Shown: positions 50,238 through 62,118, numbered from the stretch's first letter. The stretch: DNA of 64,000 nt from an uncultured Planctomycetaceae bacterium (GCA_963785305.1 CAWAUV010000008.1:768001-832000), one strand, 5' to 3'. The notes: generated by a model from the sequence alone, not told the origin. Program-made: numbers and translations.

Positions 50238-53200
50238 GTGTTTTCACGATTCTTCATCGATCGACCGATCTTCGCCGCGGTGCTGTCGATCGTGATCACG
50301 CTTGCCGGCGGCGTGGCGCTCGTTGGGTTGCCGATCGCGCAGTTTCCGCAGATCGCGCCGCCCACGGTCCGCGTGCAGTGCAACTATCCGGGCGCGAGCG
50401 CCGTGGATGTGTCCAAGTCGGTGGCCGCGCCGATCGAAGAGCGGGTCAACGGCGTCGAGGGCATTATGTATATGTCCTCGCAGTGCACGAACGACGGCGG
50501 TTACAACCTGACCGTTACCTTCAAGCCCGGCGTCGACCTGAACATGGCGCAGGTGCTGGTGCAGAACCGGGTGGCGCTGGCGGTTCCGAATCTACCCGAT
50601 GTGATCAAGCAGACCGGAGTGACGGCCAAGAAACAGCCGCCCGACATTCTGATGGGCATGGCCGTCACCTCGCCCGACGGACGCTTCGACCAATTGTATC
50701 TGAGCAACTATTGCGTGCTTCAGATCAAGGACGAGCTCGCGCGCATGTCGGGCATCGCCGACGTGTTGCTCCTGGGGCAACGGGACTACAGCATGCGCGT
50801 TTGGGTCGATCCCGATCAACTGGCCCATCGCGGCTTGAGCGCCTCCGATGTGGTGCAAGCGATCCGCGAGGAAAATGCGCCCGTGGCCACCGGCGCGATC
50901 GGCCGGCCGCCGGTCGAGCAGCTGAGCGCGTTTGAAATCCCGATGAGCGCCCGCGGCCGGCTCTCCGACACGGAACAGTTCGGCGATATCATCTTGCGCA
51001 CCACGCGCGAGGGCCGCGTCACGCGGCTCAAGGATGTTGCTCGAATCGAGTTGGCTTCGAAAAACCAAGACACGAGCGTGCGTTTCTCGGGCCAGCCCAC
51101 CGCGTTTTTGGCGATTTTTCAGCTCCCCGACGCCAACGCGCTCGAGGCTGCGCGATCGGGTGCTGGCGAAGATGGACGAGCTTTCGCTCCGCTTCCCCGA
51201 GGGCTTGATCTATAAGGTGGTGTTCGACACCACGCCCTACACGCGCGAATCGATCAAGGAAGTATTCCACTCGCTGCGCGACTCGGTGCTTCTCGTGGCG
51301 CTGGTGGTGCTCGTGTTTTTGCAGAACTGGCGGTCGGCGATTATTCCCCTGGTGGCGGTGCCGGTGGCGATCGTGGGCACGTTCGCCGTGATGGCCCTGA
51401 TGCACTTCAGTCTCAACAATCTCACGCTCTTCGGGCTCGTGCTCGCGATTGGCATCGTGGTCGACGACGCGATCGTGGTGGTCGAGGCGGTCGAGCACCA
51501 CATGGAACATGGCCTCGGGCCGCGCGACGCCACGATCAAGGCCATGGATCAAGTGTCGGGTCCCGTGATCGCGGTCGGGCTCGTGCTTTCGGCCGTGTTC
51601 GTGCCCTGCGCGTTTATCAGCGGCATCACGGGCGTGTTTTTCCGGCAGTTCGCGCTCACGATCGCGGTGTCGACGGTGATTTCGGCGTTTAACTCGCTCA
51701 CGCTTAGCCCGGCGCTGGCCGCGGTGCTGCTCCAGCCGCGCAATAAGAAGCAATCGCCGCCGCTGCCGCGAGCCGCTTTTGGATTGGCGGCGGCCGGGGC
51801 GTGTGGTGGTTTGGCGCCGAGCCGCTTGCCCACTTTCTGGCCCAGCACCGGGAATTCGCGGTGGGCGGCGGGATGTGGGTCGTGGGCGGAGCGGCTCTGT
51901 GCGTCGCGGCCGTCGTCGGGTTCCTCGTCGGGGGTCCGATCAATTGGGTGCTGGGCAGCGCGTTTCGCGGCTTTAATCGGCTCTTTGGCTTGGCGACGAG
52001 CCTCTATGTTCGCCTGATTGGATTCGCGCTCCCTTGCACGCCGGTGGTGCTGGTTCTCTATGGCGGCCTGTTGTGGATGGCATATCAGAAATATCAAGCA
52101 ACGCCCAAGGGCTTCGTGCCCTCGCAAGACATGGGCTACCTGCTCGTGAGCGTGCAACTCGATGACTCGGCCTCGCTCGAACGCACCGACGCCGTGATCC
52201 GACAAGTCGAGGCGATCTCGGCCAAGGAACCGGGCATTCGCTTCACCACGGCGATCATCGGACAATCCTTCGTGCTCAATGCGATCGGGTCGAACTTCGC
52301 CACCGTGTTCTTCGGGCTGAAGGACTATGCCGACCGGCGCGATCCATCTTTGTATAGCGACATGATTCTTGGTCGCATGCGCGCCGCCTTCGGCAAGGAG
52401 ATCGTCGACGCGCAAGTCCAAGTGTTTCCGCCGCCGCCGGTGCGCGGCGTGGGACGCGCCGGCGGATTCACGCTCATGATCGAGGATCGCAACGACGCTG
52501 GTCTGGCGATGCTCCAGAGCGTGGCCGATGGGCTCGTGGCTCGCACTCGCGATCCGAAGGAGAATTTGGGCTTCGTGTTCACATCGTTTCGCGCCAATGT
52601 GCCGCAACTGCGGATCGAACCCGACAATCGCGAGTGCATGACCAAGGGCGTGGCCCTGCGCGATTTCGCCGACACGCTGCAAGTCTACGAAGGCTCGCTG
52701 TATGTCAATGACTTCAATCTCTTCGGCCGCACTTGGCAGGTGATCGTGCAGGCCGAGAGCCGATTTCGCGATCAGCTTGAAGACCTGAACAAGCTCAAGG
52801 TGCGAAATCAAAATGGGGCCATGGTGCCGCTCGGGGCGGTTTCCAATGTCATTCCGATCAATGGGCCCCTGGTGCTGAATCGCTACAACATGTACCCGGC
52901 GGCCTCGATCATGGGCGGCGGCGGGAAGAACGTGAGTTCGGGCGAGGCGATCGCCAAGATGCGAAAACTGGCCGAGGATGAACTGCCGCCTTCGATGGCG
53001 TTCGAGTGGTCGGAAATGTCGTATCTCGAACTCGCCGCCGCCAACACGGCGATCGTGATTTTCGGGTTCGCGGTGGTGATGGTGTTTCTCGTGCTCGCGG
53101 CGCAATACGAAAGCTGGTCGCTGCCGCTGGCGATTATTTTGGTGGTGCCCACCTGCATTTACAGCGCGCTGGTGGGCGTGAACCTGATGCATCTGGAGAT

Positions 53201-53738
53201 CAACATTTTCACCCAAGTGGGTTTCGTGGTGCTGGTGGGGCTCGCGAGCAAAAACGCGATTTTGATCGTCGAATTCGCAAAGCAGCAGCGCGACTTCCGG
53301 CCGCACCGGCCGCCAAGCCACGCTCGACGCCTGCCGGCTGCGGCTGCGACCGATTGTCATGACCAGCTTGGCGTTTATTCTGGGAGTGTTGCCGCTGGTG
53401 ATCGCCACCGGCGCCGGCGCCGAGATGCGCCGCGCCCTGGGCGTCGCCGTGTTCAGCGGAATGGTCGGGGTCACGCTGTTTGGTTTGGCTCTCACGCCGG
53501 TATTCTTCTACAGCATCGACTGGCTCGGCGGCACCTGGATTTTCGGGAGCAAGCTCGCGATTCAAATCGCCGAAGTGTCGATCAGCGCGATCACCCTGAA
53601 GCCGCTTCGCGAAGCGCTGCGCGCAGCGCGCGGGAAAGCTTGCGGCTCGATAAACCCAAACCGCGAAAGCACGATCCCCAGCCCGAAACGGAAACCGCCG
53701 CCGACGAGCGATCGTCGGACTTTATCGAACAAGCCTAG
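50238..53738 (+). CDS. RND efflux permease 1 (HAE1, MexF/AcrB-like), several frameshifts
   Basis: FFIDRPIFA, GIVVDDAIVVVE, SKNAILIVEF and RLRPIVMTS spread over four frames; shifts near 51150, 51800, 53300 and 53630. Confidence 0.88.
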
Positions 53739-53784
53739 ACCGCAAGCGAATCGCCGAGCAACGTCTCGAAAGGAACTCGACCTC

Positions 53785-56700
53785 GTGTTTTCCGCGTTTT
53801 TCATCAACCGACCGATCTTCGCCACCGTGCTCAGCATCGTGATCACGCTGGCGGGCGGCATCTTGCTCTTCACGCTGCCCGTGGCGCAGTATCCCGAGAT
53901 CACGCCGCCCACGGTCGAAGTCTCGGCGACTTATCCGGGCGCCAACGCCCAGGTGGTGGCCGACACCGTGGCGGCGCCGATCGAGCAGCAGGTCAATGGC
54001 GTCGAAGGCATGCTCTACATGAGCAGCCGCTCGACCAACGACGGCATTTACACCCTGAGCGTCACGTTTCAAAGCGGCGTCGACCTCAACATGGCCCAGG
54101 TGCTGGTGCAGAACCGAGTGTCGCTGGCCCAGCCGGTGTTGCCGGCGCTGGTGCAGCGGCGCGGCGTGGCGGTGAAGAAGAAGTCGCCCAGCCAGTTGAT
54201 GATCGTCAACCTTTTCTCGCCAGACCACTCGCGCGACAATCTCTACCTGAGCAACTACGCCACGATTCAGCTCAAGGACGAACTGGCCCGACTGCCGGGC
54301 GTGGGCGATATCAGCTACCTCGGCCAGCGCGACTACAGCATGCGGCTGTGGCTCGATCCGGAAAAGATGGCCTCGCGCAATCTCACCACCAGCGATATCA
54401 CCCGCGCGATCGAGCAACAGAATACGCAAGTGGCGGCCGGACAACTCGGCCAGCCGCCCACGCCGCCCGGCCAAGTGTTTCAGCTCACGATGAGCACCAT
54501 GGGCCGCTTGGTCGACCCGGCCCAGTTCGGCGAGATGATCGTCAAGAGCGACACGAATGGCCGCGTGGTGCGGGTGCGCGACGTGGCGCGCATCGAGCTC
54601 GGCGCCCAGGGCTACGATCAGACCTGCACGCTCGATGGCCAGCCCTCGGTCGCGCTGTCGATCTACCAGCTTCCCGGCTCCAATGCGCTGGAAACGGCCA
54701 AGGCGGTGCGGCTCAAGGTGGAAGACCTCAAGCGGCGGTTTCCGGCGGGCGTCGACTACGCGATCGTCTACGACACCACGCCGTTCATCACCGAGTCGAT
54801 CCAAGAAGTATTCAAGTCGCTGCGCGACGCGATTATTCTCGTGGCGATCGTGGTGCTGGTGTTTTTGCAGAACTGGCGGTCGGCGATTATTCCGCTGGTG
54901 GCGGTGCCGGTGGCGATTATCGGCACGTTTGCCGTGATGGCCAGCATGAACTTCAGCCTCAATAACCTCACGCTCTTCGGCCTCGTGCTCGCGATTGGCA
55001 TCGTGGTCGACGACGCGATCGTGGTGGTCGAGGCGGTCGAGCATCATATCGACCATGGCCTCAGCCCGCGCGACGCCACATTCAAAGCCATGGAGCAGGT
55101 CTCGGGACCGGTCGTGGCGGTGGCGCTGGTGCTGGCGGCGGTGTTTGGACCGTGTGCTTTTATCAGCGGCGTGACGGGGCAATTCTTCCGCCAATTCGCG
55201 CTCACCATTGCGGTGTCTACGGCGATCTCGGCCTTCAACTCGCTGACACTCAGCCCGGCCCTCACGGCGCTCCTCCTGCGTCCGCGAGACAAAGGCCACG
55301 CGCCGCCCTTGCCGAGGGTCGCGTTTGCCCTGGCCGGCGCTTGGCTCGGCTTCGAATATGGCCACGCCTGGCTCGAGCCGCTCCTGGGCAAGATGGGAAT
55401 GCTCGCCGCGCCCAACACGCGGGTCATCGTGGCCGGGGTCGCCGGCGCAGCGATCGGCTGGGTGGCGGGCTGGCCGCTCAATCTCGTTCTGCGGCTGGTG
55501 TTTGGCCTCTTCAACCGCGGGTTCGATTTCTCGACGACCGTCTATACGCGCATCGTCGGCATGTCGCTCCGCGTGAGCGTGATCGTGCTCTTGCTCTATG
55601 GCGGCCTGCTGGGTCTGACCTATGTCGGCTTCACCACCACGGCCAAGGGCTTCATTCCGACCCAAGACAAAGGCTATTTGATCGTCAATCTGCAATTACC
55701 CGATTCATCGAGCGTCGAACGCACCCAGGCCGCGATGCGGCGGCTCGACGAGATCGCCACCCACACTCCCGGCGTCGCCCACACGGTGGCCATCTCGGGG
55801 CAGTCGTTTTTGCTCGGCGCGAGCGCCCCGAACTTCGGCGCCATGTACGTGATGCTTGATGAATTTCACGATCGCTTGGCGCCCGGCCTGGGCGGAGAAG
55901 CGTTGGCCCGCCGGTTGCAAGAACAGTTTGGCCGCGAGATTTCGGAGGGGCTGGTCAATGTGTTCAACGCGCCGCCGATCGATGGACTCGGCGCCGCCGG
56001 CGGTTTCAAGATCATGATCGAAGATCGCGGCGCGGGCGGGCTCGTGGCCCTGCAAAACGTGGCCGACGCCGTGGCCGCCAAAAGCGCCGACGATCCGCTC
56101 TTGACCAATGTCTTCACCAGCTTCCGCGCCGAGACACCCTGGCTGTATCTCGATATCGACCGCACCGCGGCCAAAGTGATGGGCGTCTCGATGGGCGAGC
56201 TGTTCAATACCTTGCAGGTCTATCTCGGCTCGCTCTATGTCAACGATTTCAACCTCTTCGGCCGCACTTGGCAAGTAAATGTCCAGGCCGACGAAACCCA
56301 TCGGCAAACGGTCGAAAACCTGCAACAACTGAAAATCCGCAATGAATACGGCAACATGACGCCGCTGGCCGCGGTGGCCACGGTGCGCGAAACCGTCGGC
56401 CCGGCGATGATCCTTCGCTACAACATGTATCCCGCCGCGCCGATCAACGCCGCGCCGGCCCGCGGAGTGAGCTCGGGCCAAGCGATCGAGCGCCTGCAAG
56501 ACATCGCCGATCGCGATCTGCCTTGGTCGATGCGATTCGAGTGGACCGAGCTCGCGCTCTTGCAGCTTCAAACCGGCAACACGGCGATGTATGTGTTCGT
56601 GCTGGCCGTGGTGCTCGTGTTTTTGGTGCTGGCCGCGCAATACGAAAGCTGGTCGCTGCCGCTGGCCGTGATTCTCGTGGTGCCGATGTGTCTGCTCTGC

Positions 56701-57324
56701 TCGATCGCGGCCGTGCGGCTGGCCGAAATGGACATCAACATTTTCACGCAGGTCGGCTTCGTGGTGCTCATCGGGCTCGCGTGTAAAAACGCGATCTTGA
56801 TCGTCGAATACGCAAAAGCCCAGCACGAGTCGGGCAGCAGCCGCCATGACGCCACGGTCGATGCCTGCCGCTTGCGACTCCGCCCGATCGTGATGACCAG
56901 CTTCGCGTTTATTCTCGGTGTGGCGCCGCTGGTGGTTTCCGAGGGGGCCGGCGCCGAAATGCGTCGCGCGCTCGGCACCGCGGTATTCGGCGGCATGCTC
57001 GGGGTAACGCTGTTCGGAGTGTTCCTCACACCGGTGTTTTACTACGTGATCCAGTGGTTCGGCGATCTGCGCGCAGTCGGCGCCAGCGCCGCTTGCCGCT
57101 CGACGGCGACGCGCGCCCCCCGACGAACGAACACGAGGAGCCCGAGCCCTTGCCTTCCCGGCCGGCGCAAATCGGGTGAACACGCGCGCCACGATCGCGA
57201 ACACATCCCCCAACCGATCGGCCAAGCAGCGGCCGCCATGACCGCCAGCCCAGCGATCGGCGCCCCAGCGAAAACCCCCTCGCGATTAGCGACAAAAAAG
57301 CTCGTGGCCGGCGAGCCGGGGTGA
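53785..57324 (+). CDS. RND efflux permease 2 (HAE1, MexF/AcrB-like)
   Basis: GTG start after AAGGA; FFINRPIFA, GIVVDDAIVVVE, CKNAILIVEY and RLRPIVMTS; the C-terminal tail may be frameshifted. Confidence 0.93.
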   Translation: MFSAFFINRPIFATVLSIVITLAGGILLFTLPVAQYPEITPPTVEVSATYPGANAQVVADTVAAPIEQQVNGVEGMLYMSSRSTNDGIYTLSVTFQSGVDLNMAQVLVQNRVSLAQPVLPALVQRRGVAVKKKSPSQLMIVNLFSPDHSRDNLYLSNYATIQLKDELARLPGVGDISYLGQRDYSMRLWLDPEKMASRNLTTSDITRAIEQQNTQVAAGQLGQPPTPPGQVFQLTMSTMGRLVDPAQFGEMIVKSDTNGRVVRVRDVARIELGAQGYDQTCTLDGQPSVALSIYQLPGSNALETAKAVRLKVEDLKRRFPAGVDYAIVYDTTPFITESIQEVFKSLRDAIILVAIVVLVFLQNWRSAIIPLVAVPVAIIGTFAVMASMNFSLNNLTLFGLVLAIGIVVDDAIVVVEAVEHHIDHGLSPRDATFKAMEQVSGPVVAVALVLAAVFGPCAFISGVTGQFFRQFALTIAVSTAISAFNSLTLSPALTALLLRPRDKGHAPPLPRVAFALAGAWLGFEYGHAWLEPLLGKMGMLAAPNTRVIVAGVAGAAIGWVAGWPLNLVLRLVFGLFNRGFDFSTTVYTRIVGMSLRVSVIVLLLYGGLLGLTYVGFTTTAKGFIPTQDKGYLIVNLQLPDSSSVERTQAAMRRLDEIATHTPGVAHTVAISGQSFLLGASAPNFGAMYVMLDEFHDRLAPGLGGEALARRLQEQFGREISEGLVNVFNAPPIDGLGAAGGFKIMIEDRGAGGLVALQNVADAVAAKSADDPLLTNVFTSFRAETPWLYLDIDRTAAKVMGVSMGELFNTLQVYLGSLYVNDFNLFGRTWQVNVQADETHRQTVENLQQLKIRNEYGNMTPLAAVATVRETVGPAMILRYNMYPAAPINAAPARGVSSGQAIERLQDIADRDLPWSMRFEWTELALLQLQTGNTAMYVFVLAVVLVFLVLAAQYESWSLPLAVILVVPMCLLCSIAAVRLAEMDINIFTQVGFVVLIGLACKNAILIVEYAKAQHESGSSRHDATVDACRLRLRPIVMTSFAFILGVAPLVVSEGAGAEMRRALGTAVFGGMLGVTLFGVFLTPVFYYVIQWFGDLRAVGASAACRSTATRAPRRTNTRSPSPCLPGRRKSGEHARHDREHIPQPIGQAAAAMTASPAIGAPAKTPSRLATKKLVAGEPG

Positions 57325-57412
57325 GTAGTGAACCTGACAAAAACAAGTCTTCGGCGGTTTGAATCAGCCGCCCAATGCCAGCATCCGACCCGCGGGAACC
57401 GATCCTCCGTTT

Positions 57413-59053
57413 CTAATGCGCCACCAGCCGGTCTTCGTCGGCTGGGTTCCAAGCGGCGGCCACGGGAACTCGGCCCGGAAGCAGCATCGTCGCAAACGTG
57501 CTGCGGAGCCAACTGTCCAGCGTGCGGGCAATCGTCGCTCGGCCCGCTTCGGTCCAAGTTCGGCTTTGATGCACGAACGGTTGCTCCGACGACTGCCGCA
57601 GCGAAGGCAGCAAATCAAGGGCGGGCCGCTTGTGCTGGGAGGCATACACCACGAGTCGTCGCTGCGGCAGATCGAGATCGATATCTTGCTTTCCACATCC
57701 CTGGCGACGGCACACGGCCTCGAGCAAGGCGCCATTGGTTTGCAGCGGGCTCGGAGTCACCACGAGCGCCAGCGGAATATTCTCCGCCCGACACTTCGCA
57801 TCGAGCGCGTCGAGACTGGCGAATAGCGATTTCCAGCGCGACTGCATCGCGGGATCGACCGGCTTGCGGCAAGCGATCAATTGCGGACCACACATGCGAA
57901 CATAATCTTCCCAGCGACTTGGCCGCGTCGCTGTTGATGATTGGCCCGCGGAAGTGCGAGCGATGGAGTCCGCGGGCATCTTGAGCGCGGCGGCTTCCGG
58001 GCGATCATCGGCGGCAAGACGCCAGTTTGTCCATCGAGCCACGACTCGGGCCGACGCGAGTCCGTCGCCGCCAAACGCGCCGCGCGGCGGCGCATCGCCC
58101 ACAAGATCGTCGGCCACCGAAATAAACACCAGCAACAGATCGGGGCGTTCGGCGCAAGCGCGAGGCAACCCTTCGCGCACATAGTCCGTCAGACGAGCGC
58201 CCGACGCCGCGATATGCACGATATCGAGCCCCGGCAGCGCGAATTCCACCGGCGCGAGTGAACCGCCCAACGCCGCCGACTCGAGGTGGCTCGCATTCGA
58301 ACTCGCGTCGCCGCTCCGCCCCGACATCCGATCTTCCACGCCGGTCGTCGACGACTCGCCAAGCACCGCCACCCGGAGCGTCGCGCGAGCGAAAGACAAA
58401 GACTTCGATCGGTCGATCGTCGGACCGCGCGATGGCGAATAGGTGACATGGAACCGTGGCCGCGGCGTGAAGAAATCGGGTCCCCACACCGCGCCGCACC
58501 ATCGCAAGCTACCTTCGATTCCCGCGACGATCATACAGCCATAAAACAAGGCCGCGCCAGCGCGGCGCGGACCGCGACGGTCGAGCCAGCGGCGAAGGCG
58601 ATCGCACAACAGCGGATCGGTCGCGAGCGGTAAGCTAATCAGCGCGCCCCAGCCGGCGCCGGCGGCCATGAGCAAGGGGCCCTCGGCGCCGGGTGCTGCA
58701 AACTGCGCGATCGTCATATAGGACAGCGTCATGCCCACGCAAAATGCCCGCAGCCAGCCCAGGAGCGAGACGCCTTGGCTCATCGCGACAGCATTTCGCG
58801 CCGGGCGAAGTCGCCATGCGATCCAGCCCAAGCTCGCGCTACAGAGCACGAGCGCGACAATCATCGACGCATGCGCGTCGTTCGTGGCGGGCGGCGAAGT
58901 GGAACTCGTTCCGCGGCGCCAAAGCTCCCAAAGGGAGTAACTCGCTCCGGCCATGGCCCAGAGAGCGAAGGCGCCCGCGAGGCGCCATTCAGAGAGCGGC
59001 GATTGCCGCGAAAAACGATCCGACGAATCGAGCCGCAACTCGGATGCACGCAT
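57413..59053 (-). CDS. Membrane protein with C-terminal SGNH/AlgX-like domain
   Basis: About five TM helices, then AVLGESST, PDLLLVFISVADDL, LDLLPSLR and RTWTEAG; AGGAGG RBS. Confidence 0.7.
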   Translation of the reverse strand: MRASELRLDSSDRFSRQSPLSEWRLAGAFALWAMAGASYSLWELWRRGTSSTSPPATNDAHASMIVALVLCSASLGWIAWRLRPARNAVAMSQGVSLLGWLRAFCVGMTLSYMTIAQFAAPGAEGPLLMAAGAGWGALISLPLATDPLLCDRLRRWLDRRGPRRAGAALFYGCMIVAGIEGSLRWCGAVWGPDFFTPRPRFHVTYSPSRGPTIDRSKSLSFARATLRVAVLGESSTTGVEDRMSGRSGDASSNASHLESAALGGSLAPVEFALPGLDIVHIAASGARLTDYVREGLPRACAERPDLLLVFISVADDLVGDAPPRGAFGGDGLASARVVARWTNWRLAADDRPEAAALKMPADSIARTSAGQSSTATRPSRWEDYVRMCGPQLIACRKPVDPAMQSRWKSLFASLDALDAKCRAENIPLALVVTPSPLQTNGALLEAVCRRQGCGKQDIDLDLPQRRLVVYASQHKRPALDLLPSLRQSSEQPFVHQSRTWTEAGRATIARTLDSWLRSTFATMLLPGRVPVAAAWNPADEDRLVAH

Positions 59054-59893
59054 CGGGTCCTCCTTGCCTGTGTTTCGACAACTCGAGGGCCATTCGCCCG
59101 CGACGGTCAATTCAACGAGGTAGATTCAAGGGCTATGGACACTCGGGTCTGTCGCACGGTCATTCACGAATCGTTCATGCATGACATACAACACACGGTC
59201 ATTCGTCTTGCTTCATTCGAAGCGTCGTGGATCGATAGTATTCTCCAAGGTTCGCGAACTCGGCGCCGCATCCGATGGCGCACATTGCAGCCTATCGAGC
59301 CGAGCGGGCGATAATTGTAGCTCCAAAGCCGACTGGTGTCGGCATCGAGTTTTCAGTAAGCGGAGTTGCCAAATGTAAAGTGGCCCCAAACCACACAGCT
59401 CAACAGCGATAACCGTCGGCGCCGATTGATCCGACGGCGGGGCGACCAGATTACCAAACCGCGCACAAGCGAAAACTTTGCCACTCGGTCGCGGAATGCC
59501 GTTGGATCGCGAGGGAAGCCATCGTTGGTCATGCTGGCGCCGTGCTAGTTATTGTCAGGTATTTGGCTGCCTCGACAGCGAGCAAGGTTTGCTTTGAAAC
59601 GCATCATTTCGCCGACGAAACATGTTCTTTCAAAGACAAAACAGTCCAAAGCAATCAATGTGCCAATTCCACAAATGCCCAAAGACACCTGCTCATCCCT
59701 GCAGGACACGCCGCGTCGAGCCCAGACGAGCCTGGGTTCGGCCCTCGATAATGCGTGCATTGCCCAGCGATTGGGCTCGATGATCCGACGTAATAACCAA
59801 ATCGTGCGGCCGCCCGCGGCCGGGACGGGAAGCGTCGGCGCCGAACGGTCCGCGATCATGTCGCTGGGCGACGAACCAACCATGCTAGCGGGG

Positions 59894-60765
59894 TTACTTC
59901 GGCAGAGGCGCCGCTTTGAGCACGGCGCAGGTGGCCGTTGATTTGTTGAGCACATAGAAGTGCAAACCCGGCACGCCCGCCGCGATGAGCTCGCGAGTTT
60001 GGCGGCGCAATACTCGACCCCGGCGGCGAACTGAGCTTCGGCGTCGTTGCCCGCCGCGACCAGCGGATCGAGCAGCGCTAGCGGTAATCGGGCCCCGCAC
60101 ATGCTGGAGATGCGTTGCACTTGGGCCAAGTTCGTGATCGGCAAGATGCCCGGCACGATCGGCGCCTTGATGCCCAGGGCCTCGGAGCGCTCGCGAAAGC
60201 GAAAAAAGTCTTGGTTGTCGTAGAACAACTGGGTGATGATCACATCCCCGCCGGCCGAGACTTTGGTTCGCAGGTTTTTCAGATCGGCCTCGGGGCTCGC
60301 GGCCTCGCGATGCGTTTCGGGATAGCCGGCCACGGCGATCGCGAACTCGGGGAACTCGCCCCGCACAAGAGCCACGAGTTCGCTGGCATAAGCCAGCCCC
60401 CCATCCACCGGGCGGAAACTCGTTTCGCCCCGCGGCGGATCGCCCCGCAGCGCGACGATCATCTCCACTTCTCGACGCCGCGCTTCGTTCAAATAGGCGC
60501 GAAGCTCGTCGCGCGTCGAGCCGACACAAGTCAAATGCGACGCCACCGGCACTCCATGTCGGGCGCGAGTTTCCGACACAATGTCGAGCGTCTTTTCGCG
60601 CGTCGAGCCGCCAGCGCCATAGGTGCATGTGATGAAGTCGGGCGCGAACTTCACCAACTCGTCGAGATGGCGGAAGAGGTCTTCCCGGGCGCTGGCCGAC
60701 TTGGGCGGAAAGAGCTCGAACGACAGCCCAAATTTATCGGGGCCGTAGATGGACGAAAGATTCAT
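59894..60765 (-). CDS. metF: 5,10-methylenetetrahydrofolate reductase, frameshift near 60000
   Basis: SFELFPPK, TYGAGGS, HLTCV, ALRGDPP, GYPE and ITQLFY; GLHFYVLNK in the shifted frame. Confidence 0.95.
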
Positions 60766-60815
60766 GAGTTTCGTTTTTTCGCGGCGCTCGGCCGCGGCTC
60801 GAGGGCATGCGGCGG

Positions 60816-61919
60816 TCATCCGCAAGGAATCGTCACTCGCTCGCCGCCGCGCATCGCCGATTGATGCGCGCAAATACCGGTCAGGGTCCAGTTCGCGCTC
60901 GTGGCGGCGTCGGGCAGCGGCGACCGTCCTTCGACGATCGACATCACGAATTCATGGGCCAAGTGCGGGTGCGAGCCGCCGTGGCCGCTGCCTTGCAAGA
61001 ACGACAAATGCCGTGTTTGATCGCCATCGTACACGCCCTTGGTCGTAAAGCGGCGAATGCCCTCGGGCAGCCGGTCGGCGAAGTCGGGCACGGTCACCCG
61101 CTCCGGCGTCTCGCCGTGATGCAGCACTACCGGCTCATGTTCGACGCGCGGCCACTCGAACGAAGTCTTCTCGGCGTACACATCGAAACTTTCAATATAT
61201 TGCCGAGCCGTGTTGAACAAACTGCGCGTGACTTCGGCCGCCAGATCCGAATCGCGGAGCTTGATCGTGGCGGTCTCGACGGCGAAGGGCGAGCCGTATT
61301 TCTTTTGCAGCGCCGGATCGATCCGGCCCGATCCGTGGCACACGACGCTCTCGGCCAGGGCGCCGGCCAAACACAAGCAGGGGCTCACGCAGTGCGTGGC
61401 GTAGTGCATCGGCGGCAGGCCCTCCCAGTATCCGGGCCAGCCGCCCATTTCCTGCTGATGGCTGCCGCGCAAAAACTGGAGCCGGCCCATCTGGCCCGAC
61501 TCGTAAAGCTGTTTGACGAATAGGAACTCGCGGCTATAGACCACGGTTTCCATCATCATGTAGTTCTTGCCGCTCGCCTTTTGGGCCGCGACGATCGCCA
61601 AGCATTCGTCGGCCGTGGTGGCCATGGGCACCGTGCAGGCGACATGCTTGCCGGCCTCGAGGGCCGCGAGGCTCTGCGCCGCATGGTCGGGAATCGGGGT
61701 GTTGATATGCACGGCGTCGATCTCCGGATCGGCGAGCACATCTTCATAGCGGCTATATCGCTTGGCCACGCCAAAAGCGTTGCCCAGCAACTCGAGTTTA
61801 TCGGCCGAGCGCTGACAAATGGCGGCGAGCTCGGCGTGGGGATGGTTTTGATAGATCGGCATGAACTCGGCGCCGAAGCCGAGCCCGATAACGGCGACGC
61901 GAACCTTGCTGCGAGCCAT
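60816..61919 (-). CDS. Gfo/Idh/MocA family oxidoreductase
   Basis: VAVIGLGFG, DAVHINTP, GKHVACTVPM and GHGGSHPHL. Confidence 0.92.
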   Translation of the reverse strand: MARSKVRVAVIGLGFGAEFMPIYQNHPHAELAAICQRSADKLELLGNAFGVAKRYSRYEDVLADPEIDAVHINTPIPDHAAQSLAALEAGKHVACTVPMATTADECLAIVAAQKASGKNYMMMETVVYSREFLFVKQLYESGQMGRLQFLRGSHQQEMGGWPGYWEGLPPMHYATHCVSPCLCLAGALAESVVCHGSGRIDPALQKKYGSPFAVETATIKLRDSDLAAEVTRSLFNTARQYIESFDVYAEKTSFEWPRVEHEPVVLHHGETPERVTVPDFADRLPEGIRRFTTKGVYDGDQTRHLSFLQGSGHGGSHPHLAHEFVMSIVEGRSPLPDAATSANWTLTGICAHQSAMRGGERVTIPCG

Positions 61920-62118
61920 GAGACGATTTTCCCTGGGGCGAGGGGGCAAGCGAATCAGGAAACGACTTTACGTCGATTCCCTCGCGGGGGCGCCAATGGG
62001 CTGAAACCATCTTCCCGCCAAGCTTGGCCATGCTAATAGCTCGCCGCACAAGCGTCAAGCAAGCGCATAATCGCGCGAGAAAGGATCTCCTCGACGAACT
62101 TTTAGAGAGGCCCATCGC

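Noticed and set aside
51549..57225. Long antisense ORFs (also 29310-31013, 35541-37391, 42245-43501 and 43937-45076)
   Set aside because: Shadow frames of high-GC genes on the opposite strand, with no recognisable motifs
53359..57324. 1321-aa fused RND protein
   Set aside because: The first ~140 aa are the end of permease 1 read through by a probable indel; permease 2 has its own RBS and GTG at 53785
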